The notes below the pieces were generated by a model, which made no database searches, was not told the origin of the DNA, and saw nothing but the letters and a program-made list of their open reading frames with translations. A stretch of DNA of 61,817 nt, counting the filler, from Nemertoderma westbladi (lineage: Eukaryota; Animalia; Xenacoelomorpha), in assembly GCA_032718475.1 (NCBI GenBank). It is 4 parts of 4 records of this genome, joined end to end, with 100 filler letters (N's around TTAATTAATTAA, not from the genome) between each part and the next. Parts side by side here need not be neighbours in the genome. Positions count along the whole stretch, not along the records: positions 1 to 24,924 come from JAUCBJ010002272.1; positions 25,025 to 46,179 come from JAUCBJ010004298.1; 2 more parts are not named here. The stretch is one strand, 5' to 3'. Shown here piece after piece: positions 13,474-25,701 of the stretch (positions are counted from its first letter, which is position 1; each line of letters opens with the position of its first letter). Both the position numbers and the translations under genes were made by a program.

Positions 13474-14544
13474 AGTTATTCGGAACAAATGTTATATGTT
13501 GAAATAATAGCAATATATTCAGATATTTTTATCCGCAAAGTAGGCCTATGACTGTATGAATACAGTTTAGTTATATCGTCAGATAGTAGGCCTATTGTAT
13601 AATAAATCATTCAACTGTTTTTTTATACAAATACCAACTAGGCCCCTAACTGCCTAAGGCTGTACCGGTACTGTACCTTTTCAAATCACTACCGATACCG
13701 TTATAATTAAGGCCAATGCTGTGCAGAGTTTCTAAAACATAAGATTACCGGAATATATATCTTAATATAGCCTATATATTCCACCAACTGTTGTATCGAC
13801 AACCTATGAGAAAACATGAAGGATTGTGAGAAATATGGATGGGAGTTGGTGTGTAGTGTAAGCCGTCTATATAGAATGGAGAGAATATATCGAATTTACT
13901 GTTTTAATAATAACATTAACATTGACCTGCGGAATCAATAATATTTGTTAATGTTAACAAAAACGATTACAGTATTATAGAAAAACTACGGTACCGGTAA
14001 CAAAAAAAAACTATAAGCAGCTGGTAGGCCCTACTTATCCATATTAGATACGGATACGGATCGATTGTTAGCCTATTTGATAGGATTAACACAACCGGCA
14101 ATAACGTTGTGTCTGTTGTATCGTTATATCCAAGGCGGTAAAAAGAACATCTAGAATTAGAGCTATGTGAATTACTCTCTAACTGTGAATCTAACTCTCA
14201 TCTAACTGTGAATTACTTACTTATTTAATTACATAATTAATCAGCCTATATCATCTGTGCTTCGTATTTATATATTTTGTAATATTATATATATGTATAT
14301 CCTGTATTTCAATATGGGCCAGTGGGCCTGGAATAAATAAATAAATAATAATGAGCTGAGGAGTTGTGGGCTGGGGCTCCCTTTCAAGATTTACTTGACT
14401 TCTGGAGCCTGTAGGTGGTGTAACCTACCTACTGGTTACCTAGTTAGTAGTTACCATCACAGCATCAGACCATCTTCATTATGATGATAAGGACATGCGT
14501 AGAAGTAGAACATAGTAAACTACAATTATGAATATAGGAATGGT

Positions 14545-15470
14545 GCAAGTCCGTCACGTCACCTTGACTCTTGACAGCCTGAGGGACTCCGCAAAGCCAT
14601 AAGACTTCGAATGGATATGTGTCACCGTCAACAGTAGACACAAATGTGGTCGAACCATCGTATAATGATCTTATTGCTGCAATAATTTCATCAGAAATAC
14701 CATATAATGAAAGTATAACATAAGTAAGCGAGTGACTGAATCGAAGGCCTTGAAGAAGTCAACAAAGATAACAGCCAGGTACTGCTATATACTGCAGCCA
14801 GATACCGAGTACCCTTCAATTATCCTTCTAAGTGCCAAAATGGGCTCCATGGCCCCACGGCCACGACCTTTACGGTACCCATTCTGATTTCCACGTAGCC
14901 GTCTATATTTAGGGATCCCAGCAATCGAGCTCTTTGTTCTGTACATGTCTATTGTGATGGGGTAAATCGTAAATGAGCTCCAAACACTGCACTATGGTAT
15001 TTTAAAGACTGAAAGACCTCAGGTGGGATACCATCTAACAGTCTAATCCATTGGCACGATTGGCAGTCTTAATGCTCTTTGCTCCAGCCTTAGCTCCAGC
15101 TCAGCAAAGGAGATATCGCCAATGGGAATTTCTGGGAGTACAGACTCGGAAACTTTTTACTTCTATAAAGTTATCAGGCAATAAATACCCTGTAATTGTT
15201 GAGGAGCTTTTAAATAAAAGTGGACCTTCCAACCATTGCCTGATTGCTGCATTGCACATTGAGGTCACCTGGTTGAGGTTGATTGGTTTTCCACCCGACC
15301 CAGTCAGCAAGTTGATAGATTTCCATGCCTGGGATGGTGGATGGGATGATTGCCTGTTGTCATCGGCAATATTCTGTCCTGGGTCATTGATGACATCAAC
15401 TGTCAACCTGCCAGCCTGCTGGTTGAAAAGCTCCTGTAAATTATCAGAGTACCGGTACTGCCGGGGTTAG
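14545..15470 (-). mobile_element. Degenerate RTE-clade LINE fragment (pre-RT linker and RT start)
   Basis: 14545-14965 is the reverse complement of parts of the LINE at ~21350-21850 (e.g. CCTTGAAGAAGTCAACAAAGATAACAGCCAG). The upstream part translates to LINE-like AWKSINLLTG. Confidence 0.75.
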
Positions 15471-15696
15471 GGGACCTAAATATAGCTGCCTGTGCTATGC
15501 TTTAGCTGTTAGGATTGTAGGGCAGAACTCCAAAAGCCTCCAAAAGTTGATTTAAAAAAAAAGTCGAATTTTAAAAAATTTGAAATTTCAACTCAGTTCT
15601 GTGCAGTTAAACTGTTAAAAATATAACTTATTTCCCCCGAGTGTTGGAGTGTCATACTGTCATGGTATTCTGGTCTGGCAGTCTGGGGAACAAGTG

Positions 15697-16082
15697 AAAA
15701 CGTACCCTGGTTGAAAGTAAACGTACCCTGGCAGCCTGGTTAAAACGTACCCGAACAATAACGTAGGCCTACCCGAATACTGGCAAATAGCAAAAATAAA
15801 CTCTAACCTGACCTGTGCTATTGACTCTCGTTTATTGTTTTGGTTAGATTAATTCGTCACTGTAACCTGCTCATTTCCCTTTAAATCTCCGGAACTAACG
15901 ATATTGATTGGTTGTAGGAAGTTTTGTTAGGATGACTGACTATAATGCTGTAATGTCTTGTTGGTCCCTATCCCTAAGTTAAAAAGTAGGCCTGTAGGCT
16001 ACACGAAATATGGGTACGTCATTGATCGGGTACGTTTTAACCGAGGTACGTTTTGCCAAGGTACGTATGGCGTAGCGTACCG
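15697..16082. mobile_element. MITE-like element with AAACGTACC subterminal repeats in inverted arms, carrying the 68-bp core
   Basis: Several AAACGTACC at the left, several GGTACGTT at the right, and the core CGTTTATTGTTTTGGTTAGA..CTGTAACCTGCTCATTTCCCT at 15829-15880. Confidence 0.55.
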
Positions 16083-16165
16083 TATGTCTGTATGTATACT
16101 GGTATATGTACAGCACTACCTACTGACTGACTGACCTACCCTGCTACCTATGCAACTCGGCCGTC

Positions 16166-19100
16166 GGCCCTCTCATTCCAAAACGACTAAGTCGAATTTT
16201 GGTCAAAAATAACTTATGGATGGATATCAATAGTATCGGAATTTCAACAGTTCAAGCTGCATCTTTCTATCGTACGTAATCACATTATTCACAGTCAATG
16301 AAAATCAAGCACTGGACAGCTGGAGAGATACTGAGATAATTATGTAGGTCCCAAAACTGACTGACTGACTAAGTCTAAAAATATTATTTCATGTACATAC
16401 CTACTGCCTACTGACATACCGAAGTCCGAAACCGACTACGTCATCATATTACAGTATTAGGCTGTAATGTACTGATGTAATGCGTAATGCCATTATTTAA
16501 TGGTTAGTTTGTTTGGAAATACAATTTTAGATCACACCAAACAGCCAAAACCGACTAAGTCATCCAATAACAATCTATAATCAAGAAACAAATGGTATTA
16601 TTAGTCTGTTAGTATTAGTACAGTAGTAAGTATAAGTATTATTACTGTATTAGTTGGATATTATTTCATTTTATTATTATATACCGAAATTTTTTAACAA
16701 TAATAATATTAAATAATAAACTGATAAACATAAACACGTTTTGTGTTTTGGTTTTTATCTACTACTACCTGACTACCAGACTACTGTAATACGGTACTTG
16801 GAAAAGGAAAGAAAAACAATTTAAAACACTGTAGTTTGTCTGTTTGTCGGTTTTGAAACAATTTAAAACCTCGGTTTTGGTACACTAATGCAGGCCCGTA
16901 ATGACTGAATGTCAGATTGTAAATTTCGAACACCGACTATATTCAGATATTGTATATCCCTTCAGCCCTTTTGAGCGGCTAACAACAAGGATAATAATAT
17001 AATAAATAGTTTTTTTAATCTATGGGATGGGTGCATTTTCCCTATGTGACTTATAAATGTACCGGCTGACCGGTAATTAATATGCAACATAAATCGATAA
17101 ATGACAGACCCAGAAAGTCTTTTGGAATTTGAACCGAAGCACTTAGTCGGTTAGTTTAGTTTTTAGTTTCTTAGTTCTTTTATATTTCTATACTGGATGG
17201 TTTTAGGTACCGCACTTTGGTATGACTAAGCGATCACCGAATAGGACGAGGTTGTAGTTTACCGACAGGGAGTTCCTTATTGATTTAAAAAGTTTGACTG
17301 AGTCTAATGCCTTATGGATTGTTTGAAATCCCACAAGGATCTGATCGATTAACTCCGTGTATTCAGGGTCCGCCAATGCGATATGGCGAAGTTTAGGTAC
17401 TAGCAGTATTGTTAGGCCTACTGCTGTACTGTTACTTACTGGCCTACTGTTTGTATACTGTACTCATTGACTGTACTGTTACTTACTGGCCTACTGTTTG
17501 TATACTGTACTCATCATGAGCATGACTATGGCTGAATTAAATTTCATTGAGATTGGGAAACTTATCGAGACTGAGGAGCGCGCTATTGAGTTTGCTCAAA
17601 GCGTGGAGCTTCTCCCCCGAACTCTACAATCAAATGGGCAACCAACCCTACGTCTTTGTCCTTTTCCGGGTTGTACTGCGCAAGCTAAAATTACGCTGGT
17701 GAAGGACAGGGGATTCATGCGGCTTGTTTGGCGTTGCTCCGGTGCTAATAAGCACAAGCGAACTGCACGTTCTGGAACGTGGTTTGAGAAGAGTCGATTC
17801 GAGGTTCGGCAGATTCTGGCCATCACGTATTCGTTTGCTCTCGAAGTTCGAATGCGTACTGCACATCTGTTGCTAGGCGACATTGTTGGGGTGCAAGGCA
17901 ATGGATCCCTTGTCGACTGGTACAATTTTATTAGAGAATTAATGTACCGCGATCAAGAGGAGTCAGAGCCAATGGGTGGACCAGGACATATTGTCCAAAT
18001 CGACGAGACGCTATTACGGGGAAAACGCAAGAGGAGCACCAACAACCGCGAGGTCGTTTGCTTGGTGGGGACCACTTTCCGTCATCCCGATCTAATTATG
18101 GGACGACAGTGGATGGGCCGTGGGTGTTTGGACTGGTATGGAAACGTCCAGATAATAAAGTCGACATCCGCCTCTACCACGTTTTGCATCGTGATGCAGA
18201 CACCCTCCGTCCTATTTTGGAGAAACATGTCGCCGGTGGAACCAAGATACAGTCCGACGAATGGTCTGCGTATTGCGGTGTGAATGTTGGCATAACAAAC
18301 GCCACAAACCCGTGGTCTGCTACCAATGGAACAGGGACCTACATACACGAAACCATCAACCATTCGGTAGAGTGGGTGAGTGCGACTGGCACCCACACTC
18401 AACGTATAGAGTCGATGTGGGGCCACTTAAAGACGTCAGTCATCCGCAATAAGAAATGCACAACACCGCAACTTATTGCTGGCCACCTGGCAGAATTTCG
18501 GTGGAGACTTTTAAATCGCGACCGACCTTTCTCAAATCTCCTTGCACTTTTCAAACATTACTACCCTTGCTGAATGTCTATACTGTACCTTATACCTTAA
18601 CCAACCCAAACGGCCCTTTTCAGGGCCAACTACTGTACGACCTGACTTCAACCCAAACGGCCCTTTTCAGGGCCATCTACTGTATGACCTGACTTAACCA
18701 ACCCAAACGGCCCTTTTCAGGGCCAACATATGAAATAAACAACCGTATCGCAACAGCGTTATTAGCTTGTAATATTTTTTTACAATAAGATACACCCTCA
18801 GTCGGGGTAAATATTAATTATAATATTAGAAATATGTATGTATGTACGGTAGACTGTAATTAAGATTACGTACGCATAGTAAATCGTAATTAAACTAATA
18901 GATTAAGCTAAAATATTACATAATTAAGCTAGTAAATAATAGTAATAGTAGTAATAATAGTAGTAGTAAGTAATATAGATTAAAATAATACATTCCCTTC
19001 AAAGAACTTAATAAATAATACCCATGCAATCCGCAAGGTGGTGAACAATACTGCTATACCGGTACCATTATTTATCTGATTTTAGGCTTGTTTGGCTAGT

Positions 19101-19304
19101 GTCGTTCAAACGTACTAATACCCCGCTACCGGTATTAAAACTGTAAAATAAGCATTTAATAATAAACATATAGATAGACAGATAGAGTACTACTGTAATA
19201 CAGTAATAATACTGTATATTTAGTTACCGGTTGCCGGTATGTTATTATCACAGTCAGACAGTAGGATTTTTATTATAAATTTGAGGTTTTGGAATGAGAG
19301 GATC
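16166..19304 (+). mobile_element. Merlin (IS1595/ISXO2-like) DNA transposon
   Basis: Candidate TIRs GGCCCTCTCATTCCAAAAC (16166) and GTTTTGGAATGAGAGGATC (19286-19304) match at 17/19. Repeated GACTAAGTC subterminal motifs, a triple ACCCAAACGGCCCTTTTCAGGGCC repeat at ~18600-18724 and an internal transposase are present. No clear TSD. Confidence 0.7.
17516..18573 (+). pseudogene. Merlin/ISXO2-type DDE transposase, frameshifted near 18030-18052
   Basis: N-terminal Cys/His zinc-ribbon-like region (CPFPGC...WRC..H), then GGPGHIVQIDET, GPWVFG, IQSDEWSAY, INHS and HTQRIESMWG motifs split across two overlapping ORFs. Confidence 0.9.
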
Positions 19305-19909
19305 GAACTACTACCGGTAGGCCTATGCCTGCCTGTCAGCCAGCTCAGCAGCTGCATCCTGCATACCTCACAGCCAGACAGCAGCAGGCAGGCAGGGTGA
19401 AGGTGAAATGGAAAGCAACGAGAAAATAGGCTTACCGGTACCTGCAGACCTGAATTCCTTCTCCTTGCTCACAATTCTGCAATTACTGAATTATTATTAC
19501 ACTACTGCTGTACTGTAAGCCTACTAACTAACTAACTATTACAGTATTACTGTATTATACAGCAGCCATAAAATAGCAATATAACATTGTCCATGTCCAG
19601 GCCCAATCAACAGGATACATTACTCCCAGTTGGCAATATGGCAAGCCAGCAAGCTTAAGCTCTCTGAGCTGTTCTGTGTGGCCAGCAAAGCATTAGTAAC
19701 CACACCCAAACTCTCCTGATTGCGTGTTGCTAAGCAACATTTCCTGGCTAAAGTATAGCCAGGCAAACGATTCATTGATTATGAAACAAAGATTGAATTT
19801 TGCTTATGAATACTATATTTCTTCGGCAGATGGCACTGCAAAGAATGCAACGTGACAAAGAATCAGAAAGGAAATTTGACAAACACATTGTGATTCAGGT
19901 ACGCAGCAA

Positions 19910-20319
19910 AGTTCACCCGCGAGAGAGCTTCGCCCGCGTCCAATCTTCGCCCGGAGCAATCTTCGCCCCCTCAAAATTAGCGCAACTATCGCCCGGCGGA
20001 AACCTTCGCCCGCAGGCAATCTTCGCCCGCGAGCAACCTTCGCCCAAAAAACAATTATTGTTTTGGTTAGACAAAGCCGTCTCTGTAACCTGCTCCTTTC
20101 CCTCAATTAGTAACACCATCGTTTATTGTTTTGGTTAGAAAAAGCCGTCTCCTGTAACCTGCTCTTTTCCCTCAATTTGTTACTAAAATGGTTACTAACA
20201 CAAATCTTATTGGGCGAAGGTTGCTCGCGGGCGAAGATTGACTTGCGGGCGAAGGTTTCACCCGGCCGAAAGTTGTACGAGGGCGAAGATTGTACGCGGG
20301 CGAAGATTGCACCCAACCG
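19910..20319. mobile_element. MITE-like foldback with CTTCGCCCG repeats in inverted arms and two copies of the 68-bp core
   Basis: Left arm of (AATCTTCGCCCG)-like repeats, right arm of (CGGGCGAAGATT)-like repeats, with core units at 20055-20180. Confidence 0.65.
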
Positions 20320-20429
20320 TGATTCATGGTGGTTAAAAAAATAATTTTAATTTTCCAAACTGTATATCTTTCGAATTGATAAGGTAGGGTTACACATGAG
20401 CTTGTCCATGGCAAAGTACTGTATGACAT

Positions 20430-20846
20430 TGTGGGGCGAGCCACGAAGTGAGTGAGCCTTAGCGTAGTGGTACCATTAATCAACCTGTCGTTCTGTTGAT
20501 CTGTCGCTATTTTTTGCAGTGCTCAATTTTAAACGTTAATACTGTAACTCGGCCACTTCGATGAAATCTATCCAAACTTGGTACACATGTTGTTTGGCAA
20601 AAGTTTAGAAATTTTCCAAGTTGAATTTCCGTGTGGCCTTCGAGAATCTAAGATAATAGCAATTAATTACTTAATTATACGGTAAAAACAGCATTTTAAA
20701 CCTGCCTTTTAAAGGAAATTAATTATTTTACAGTATAAGATTTATATAATTATACTTAAAAATTATACAGATGTAATCCACATACCCCCTTCCATTATAG
20801 TTTTTAACTAGCAAACCAGGCGCGCTTCGCGCGCCAGGCTTGCTAG
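20430..20846 (+). mobile_element. Non-autonomous Helitron/Helentron-like element ending in a GC hairpin and CTAG
   Basis: 3' palindrome CTAGCAAACCAGGCGCGCTTCGCGCGCCAGGCTTGCTAG|T (20808-20846) with CTGTC-type repeats near the start. The 5' boundary is approximate. Confidence 0.45.
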
Positions 20847-21349
20847 TCTACAGTAGTATCTATTATACTATAGGTACTACTGTGGATGCTCTCAAATTTA
20901 GTTTATAAAAATTTTTCATTTTATCAAATAAACCTTACACGCCTTGATAGTGTAGTATAAATGTAGTACACAATACAATATAATAAAAAATAGTACAGTA
21001 TAATTCTATCAATATAAAGGGCGGTGTTGACTCCCCCCAACTTGTTGTTTTATGTCTTACAGCCTTGGAGTTTTATAGGCAATGTACTGGTAACATTCGT
21101 AACGTCCCGGCAGGTGAAATGCCAGGTATTCCAGTTGTAGTACTATAATTTACTGTACTGTCAGTATTGCCTTAGTTCCTTATTTCCGTTCTAATGTAGG
21201 CCTAATCCGCCTTAGTCTATTACATTGCAATGGTGCCGGGAACTGGAAAACAAAAGGGGTTGGCTGTTTTGAAGGAAATAATTTACTCCGTTTACATTTA
21301 CATCAATTATGGAGAATACCATTATTATTATTATTATTACCCAAATATG

Positions 21350-22837
21350 TATATATATCCCATCATAGTAGACATGTACCGAACAACAAGAGTCCCACAA
21401 GAAATGAAAACAAATAAGTTGGTGCCAGTTCCCAAGAAGGGCAACCTAACACTCTATGGTTCTTTTCGGGGAATCTCATTGATCTCAATTGCTGCAAAGC
21501 TATACAATAGAATTCTATTAAATCGCATCAGAGATCCCATTGAGAGACTGCTCCGTGGAAATCAGAATGGGTTCCGTAAAGGTCGTGGGACCATGGAGCC
21601 CATTTTGGCACTTAGAAGGATAATTGAAGAGTTATCAAAAAAGAAAGACAGGCATCTGGCTGTTATCTTTGTTGACTTCTTCAAGGCCTTTCATTCAGTC
21701 TCTCGCTTACGTATGTTCAGCATACTTTCATTATATGGGATTCCTGATGAAATTATTGCAGCAATCAGATCAGTATACGATGGTTCGATAACATTTGTGT
21801 CTACTGTTGACGGTGACACAGAACCATTTGAAGTGTTATGGGGCGTCCTCCAGGGAGACACACTTGCACCATTCTTGTTCATAATTGTTGTTGACTATGT
21901 TCTACGCATGTCCTTAGATCATCATAATGATGATGGGGTGATGATAACTCCACCTACTGGCTCCAGAAGTCGAGGAAATCCTGCCAAGTACCTAACTGAT
22001 CTAGACTTTGCTGATGACTTAGGAGTACTCTCAGAATCACTAGAGGGAGCCCAACGGCTCCTCAGCTCATTAGAACATGCTGCTTCTAGTGTTGGTCTTT
22101 TTATTAACTCCAGAAAGACCAAAATTTTGACAGCTAACTTTGAAAGTCCTCAGAAAGTCTCTGATCGGATGAGCATAAGCTCAAAAGATGGGATGACTTG
22201 ATCTGAAGATGGGAGCATGTGGATGACTTCTGTTACCTGGGATCATGGATCCGGAAGTCAGGTGAGGACCTTCGAATACGTAAGGGAAAGGCATGGGCAG
22301 CCTTGAATAGGCTTTCCAGGATTTGGAAGTCACCGAGAATTAATCGGAAACTTAAGGTCCGGTTATTTAGAGCAGCAGTAGTTCCAGTACTCCTCTATGG
22401 GAGTCCATGCTGGGCTCTAACTGCTGAGGACACCAAATCTCTGGATGGCACATTCACAAGAATGTTACGCCGGGTTCATTGTGTCAAGTTCAATGCACAC
22501 ATCTCCAACCAGACACTATATAACATTGGAGGTGTCTCATTGGTTCCCCCAAGCTTGACACTAGAACAAAATCGCCTCCGCTTTGCAGGACATTGCTTTC
22601 GCCGTGAGGACCAGCCAGTGCATAATCTTGTACTTTGGCAGCCTCATGGTGTGAATAAACATGGTGGACAGCCCATGACTTTCTTGAGACGCATCTTAAA
22701 GGACACTGGCCTTGAAGATGCGGATGATCTAGCAAATGTCATGGGTGATAGGGAGTTATGGCGGTGCAATTTTGTCGATAAGCCGGCACAGCATTCTTAA
22801 AAATGCAGCTGCAATGCAGCATGCCGATCCTAGTAGT
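21350..22837 (+). mobile_element. 5'-truncated RTE-clade LINE (reverse transcriptase to 3' end), one frameshift at ~22200
   Basis: RT motifs FRGISL, NQNGFRKGR, FVDFFKAF, GVLQGDTLAPFLF and LDFADD. C-terminal DDFCYLGS, VLLYGS and RLRFAGH. (TAG)n-like tail at 22831. Confidence 0.92.
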
Positions 22838-23262
22838 ATGTATTTATTTGCCAAATATGCTTCGTTTCCTTTTCGTTTCGTTATGCCATCCATGCCTACA
22901 ACTACCTCACAAATACTTCAACACTACTATACTAAAATCAGTATACAATAATCAGCCGGTATTAATATAGAAGATTATTATGTTCCGAGTTTCAAACTGT
23001 GTTCGACTCTCAGAAGCAAAGACACTAATCGAATTGCAATTAATACCGCCACTGCTATGTTAGGGGGAAGCCAGCTGATTTTATTCTAAGCACTACTGGG
23101 TCGTTCAAATGTTTAATTTGTAAATCTTCAGATTTCCTGACTGTAAGAAAATCGTGCCTGTTTGTTTGTCTGTCTGACTGTCTGTTTGTCACACGAAAGG
23201 CTCCGAAACTCTCCTGTCAATTGTGTTGTTTTTACTCTCCTGTAGTGTTTGGTCTGAATGGG

Positions 23263-23862
23263 TGTATAAAGCAATTTTCAGAAAAATACAGTCCTTAGTT
23301 TTTTTCAAAAAATAAAATAAACGAAAAGTGCCATAGAAGCAATGGTAAAATTACACCAATAACAGCTGGTGTTCATGATGAAAAATGGCTTATGTAATTA
23401 CTTTACTGTTGTATGATAATAATAATGAATGGAGAGGGACCCAACTACACGACGTTTGTTTGTTCTTATAGCTGGCTTTTTATTAACTGTATTCAAGCAA
23501 AGACACCAGTAGTTGGGTCCCTCTCCATTCATTATTATTATCCTACAACAGTATAGTACTACAGTTGAAAGCCTACATTATCACTAAAATCCATTCTCCT
23601 AAAATTAGTAATACTGTAATTCTCATTCGCCCATACCTTTGCTGATAAGGCTATCAGCTGTATGAAATATTTAACACACACTAATGCTACCCTATGAAGA
23701 ATTTCAAGTTTGTAAGGGGTGGAGTTTAGGCAGAAGGGCCTAAGCAAACAGTATGGGTGTACTAAGTACAATAATCTTGGCAACCTCATTGATTTATTTT
23801 TCGTTTATTTCATTTTTTGCAAAAACTAATTACTGTATTTTTCTGAAAATTACTTCATACAG
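23263..23862. mobile_element. Foldback/MITE-like element with an internal ~150-bp hairpin
   Basis: 23263-23328 is inverted to ~23798-23862. An inner near-perfect inverted repeat pairs 23404-23448 with 23508-23552 (ATAATAATAATGAATGGAGAGGGACCCAACTAC). Confidence 0.6.
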
Positions 23863-24924
23863 AGCCCAGGACCACGCTGAATACTACGGTACTTTCCCCA
23901 TATCGCGAGAGCCAGTAGTTTAGGAGGAGATAGAGGAACAAACAATCAGTATAACATCAGTATATACAGAAAAGCAGTATAGATTCAGAATTACCCATCC
24001 AAAGGCACAATTTAATAGTTGGAAATTTTTGCTACTTATACTTTTCGTTCTGGGGCACCAGAAAGGCACTAAAAATGATGTTTCGTTTGTATTTCCACAT
24101 TTCTTAAAAGCAGTTTTCATCGTGATCAGCGACCGCGTAAACCGTATACCTTCTGAATTATTAACCTTCCTGCATTGTTCGTTTCAATACACATCTACAG
24201 TGCTTGGGGTACTATAATACCCCACACTAATTTACCATAATTTCAATAACAAATGTATGATAAGTCTAGGTAATTACCTTGTGTGAACCATGTTTAGTTA
24301 TCAGCTAGTGTTTTTATGCCATTCCATGAGTGCCAAGTAGTGTATGTCTGTCTGTTTGTCAGTTCGAGTGTCTGTCAAATATTTAAATGTCAATTTATCC
24401 ATAATGGCTTGCCGAAATCGCACCAAACTTGGTAAACTCGTTGTATTGTATAGTAGATAGACCATCTGTAAGTTTTGTCACGTGCCATGAAGGTATAATC
24501 ATTTAGTCTGGTGTCAGGCAAATTTAGGTTTTCAAAAAAACTGCATCATTTATCTAAAACAGTGTGTTATATATATATCTATATAGACAATAAGACAATA
24601 GTAGTATTCAGATAATATATAGGCAAATACCGATACATGCAACTTACAGTACATAGAGAAACATGAAATATAATAAAACTGGAGTTGTAGTAAGGAATGT
24701 AGGGTGACCTGGGCCCGTACATTCAAAGCAATCACAAATATAATAAAACATGGGATAATACAATATATTAAGTATTATATACAGTAAAATATAGGCCCCA
24801 AGAATGTATTACCCTACATAATAGTCCAATATACAATATACATACCGGTAATAAATGTAGTGTAGGTACAGATAGAAAGATTATATTTGCAGAATAACAA
24901 TCTGACAATAGATATATTGTAGGC

Positions 24925-25024
24925 NNNNNNNNNNNNNNNNNNNNNNNNNNNNNNNNNNNNNNNNNNNNTTAATTAATTAANNNNNNNNNNNNNNNNNNNN
25001 NNNNNNNNNNNNNNNNNNNNNNNN
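24925..25024. other. Assembly gap (100-bp N spacer with TTAATTAATTAA)
   Basis: N run with a central six-frame-stop linker; identical spacers at 46180 and 55767. Confidence 0.97.
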
Positions 25025-25699
25025 CTTGAACTTGATAACGGTAACTTCTTAACTAAATTAGAGGCAACATTAGTAAAATAATTATTAAATAAATTACTAA
25101 CTAGAGTATGATCATGAATCAGCTCACCGTTATCTTGCAGAACAATATTCGATTTAGATTTAAGGTTTTTATAACCTAAAGATTTTAGGGTAGATCATAG
25201 ACTTTTAGGATTATCTTTATTCTCACTTATTATGTTGTACAAATATTCAGATTTCCCTTTTTTTATTTCCCGTTGGACAAGGTTTCTATATTTGCAGTAA
25301 TTATTATAATCAGCTAAAACACGGTATTGCCTAAATTTATACAAATATTAATCTCTTTCTCTGATATTACTAAGAATACCCGAGGTCATCCAGTGCTCAG
25401 TGCGTTGTTTAAGACTAATTTCTTTAATTGGTGCTACAGTAATAAGTGCCTTTAAAAATATATCTTTAAAAACAGTGTACGCAAGGTTAATGTCAGCGGC
25501 CTTAAAACAGGGTTCCCAGTCAGAATTAACTAACAAACTTAAAAAGCGTTCCTTGCTGTAATTTTTCATAGACCTAACAGTTACTGTTTTATGATCCCCG
25601 AAAAAAGATTTTTGTGTCTTTCTTGTGCAAAAAACTATAAAATGATCGCTTAGACCTATAGGTAAAACCCCAGATTGAGAAATAATATCGGTATTATTA
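25025..25699 (-). mobile_element. CR1/L2-type LINE fragment (end of AP endonuclease and linker), interrupted by the pogo insertion
   Basis: Minus-strand translation SQSGVLPIGLSDHFIVFCTRK...RSMKNYSKERFL...HWMTSGIL contains the endonuclease SDH motif. Confidence 0.75.
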
Positions 25700-25701
25700 T
25701 A

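Noticed and set aside
17498-18573. Bacterial IS1595 contamination or a programmed frameshift
   Set aside because: It is embedded in eukaryotic repeats, and Merlin is the known eukaryotic branch. The break is an insertion within a conserved motif with no convincing slippery site.
21230-21350. Tyr-rich N-terminus of the 323-aa RT ORF
   Set aside because: It is (ATT)n microsatellite and flanking DNA read in frame upstream of a 5'-truncated LINE.
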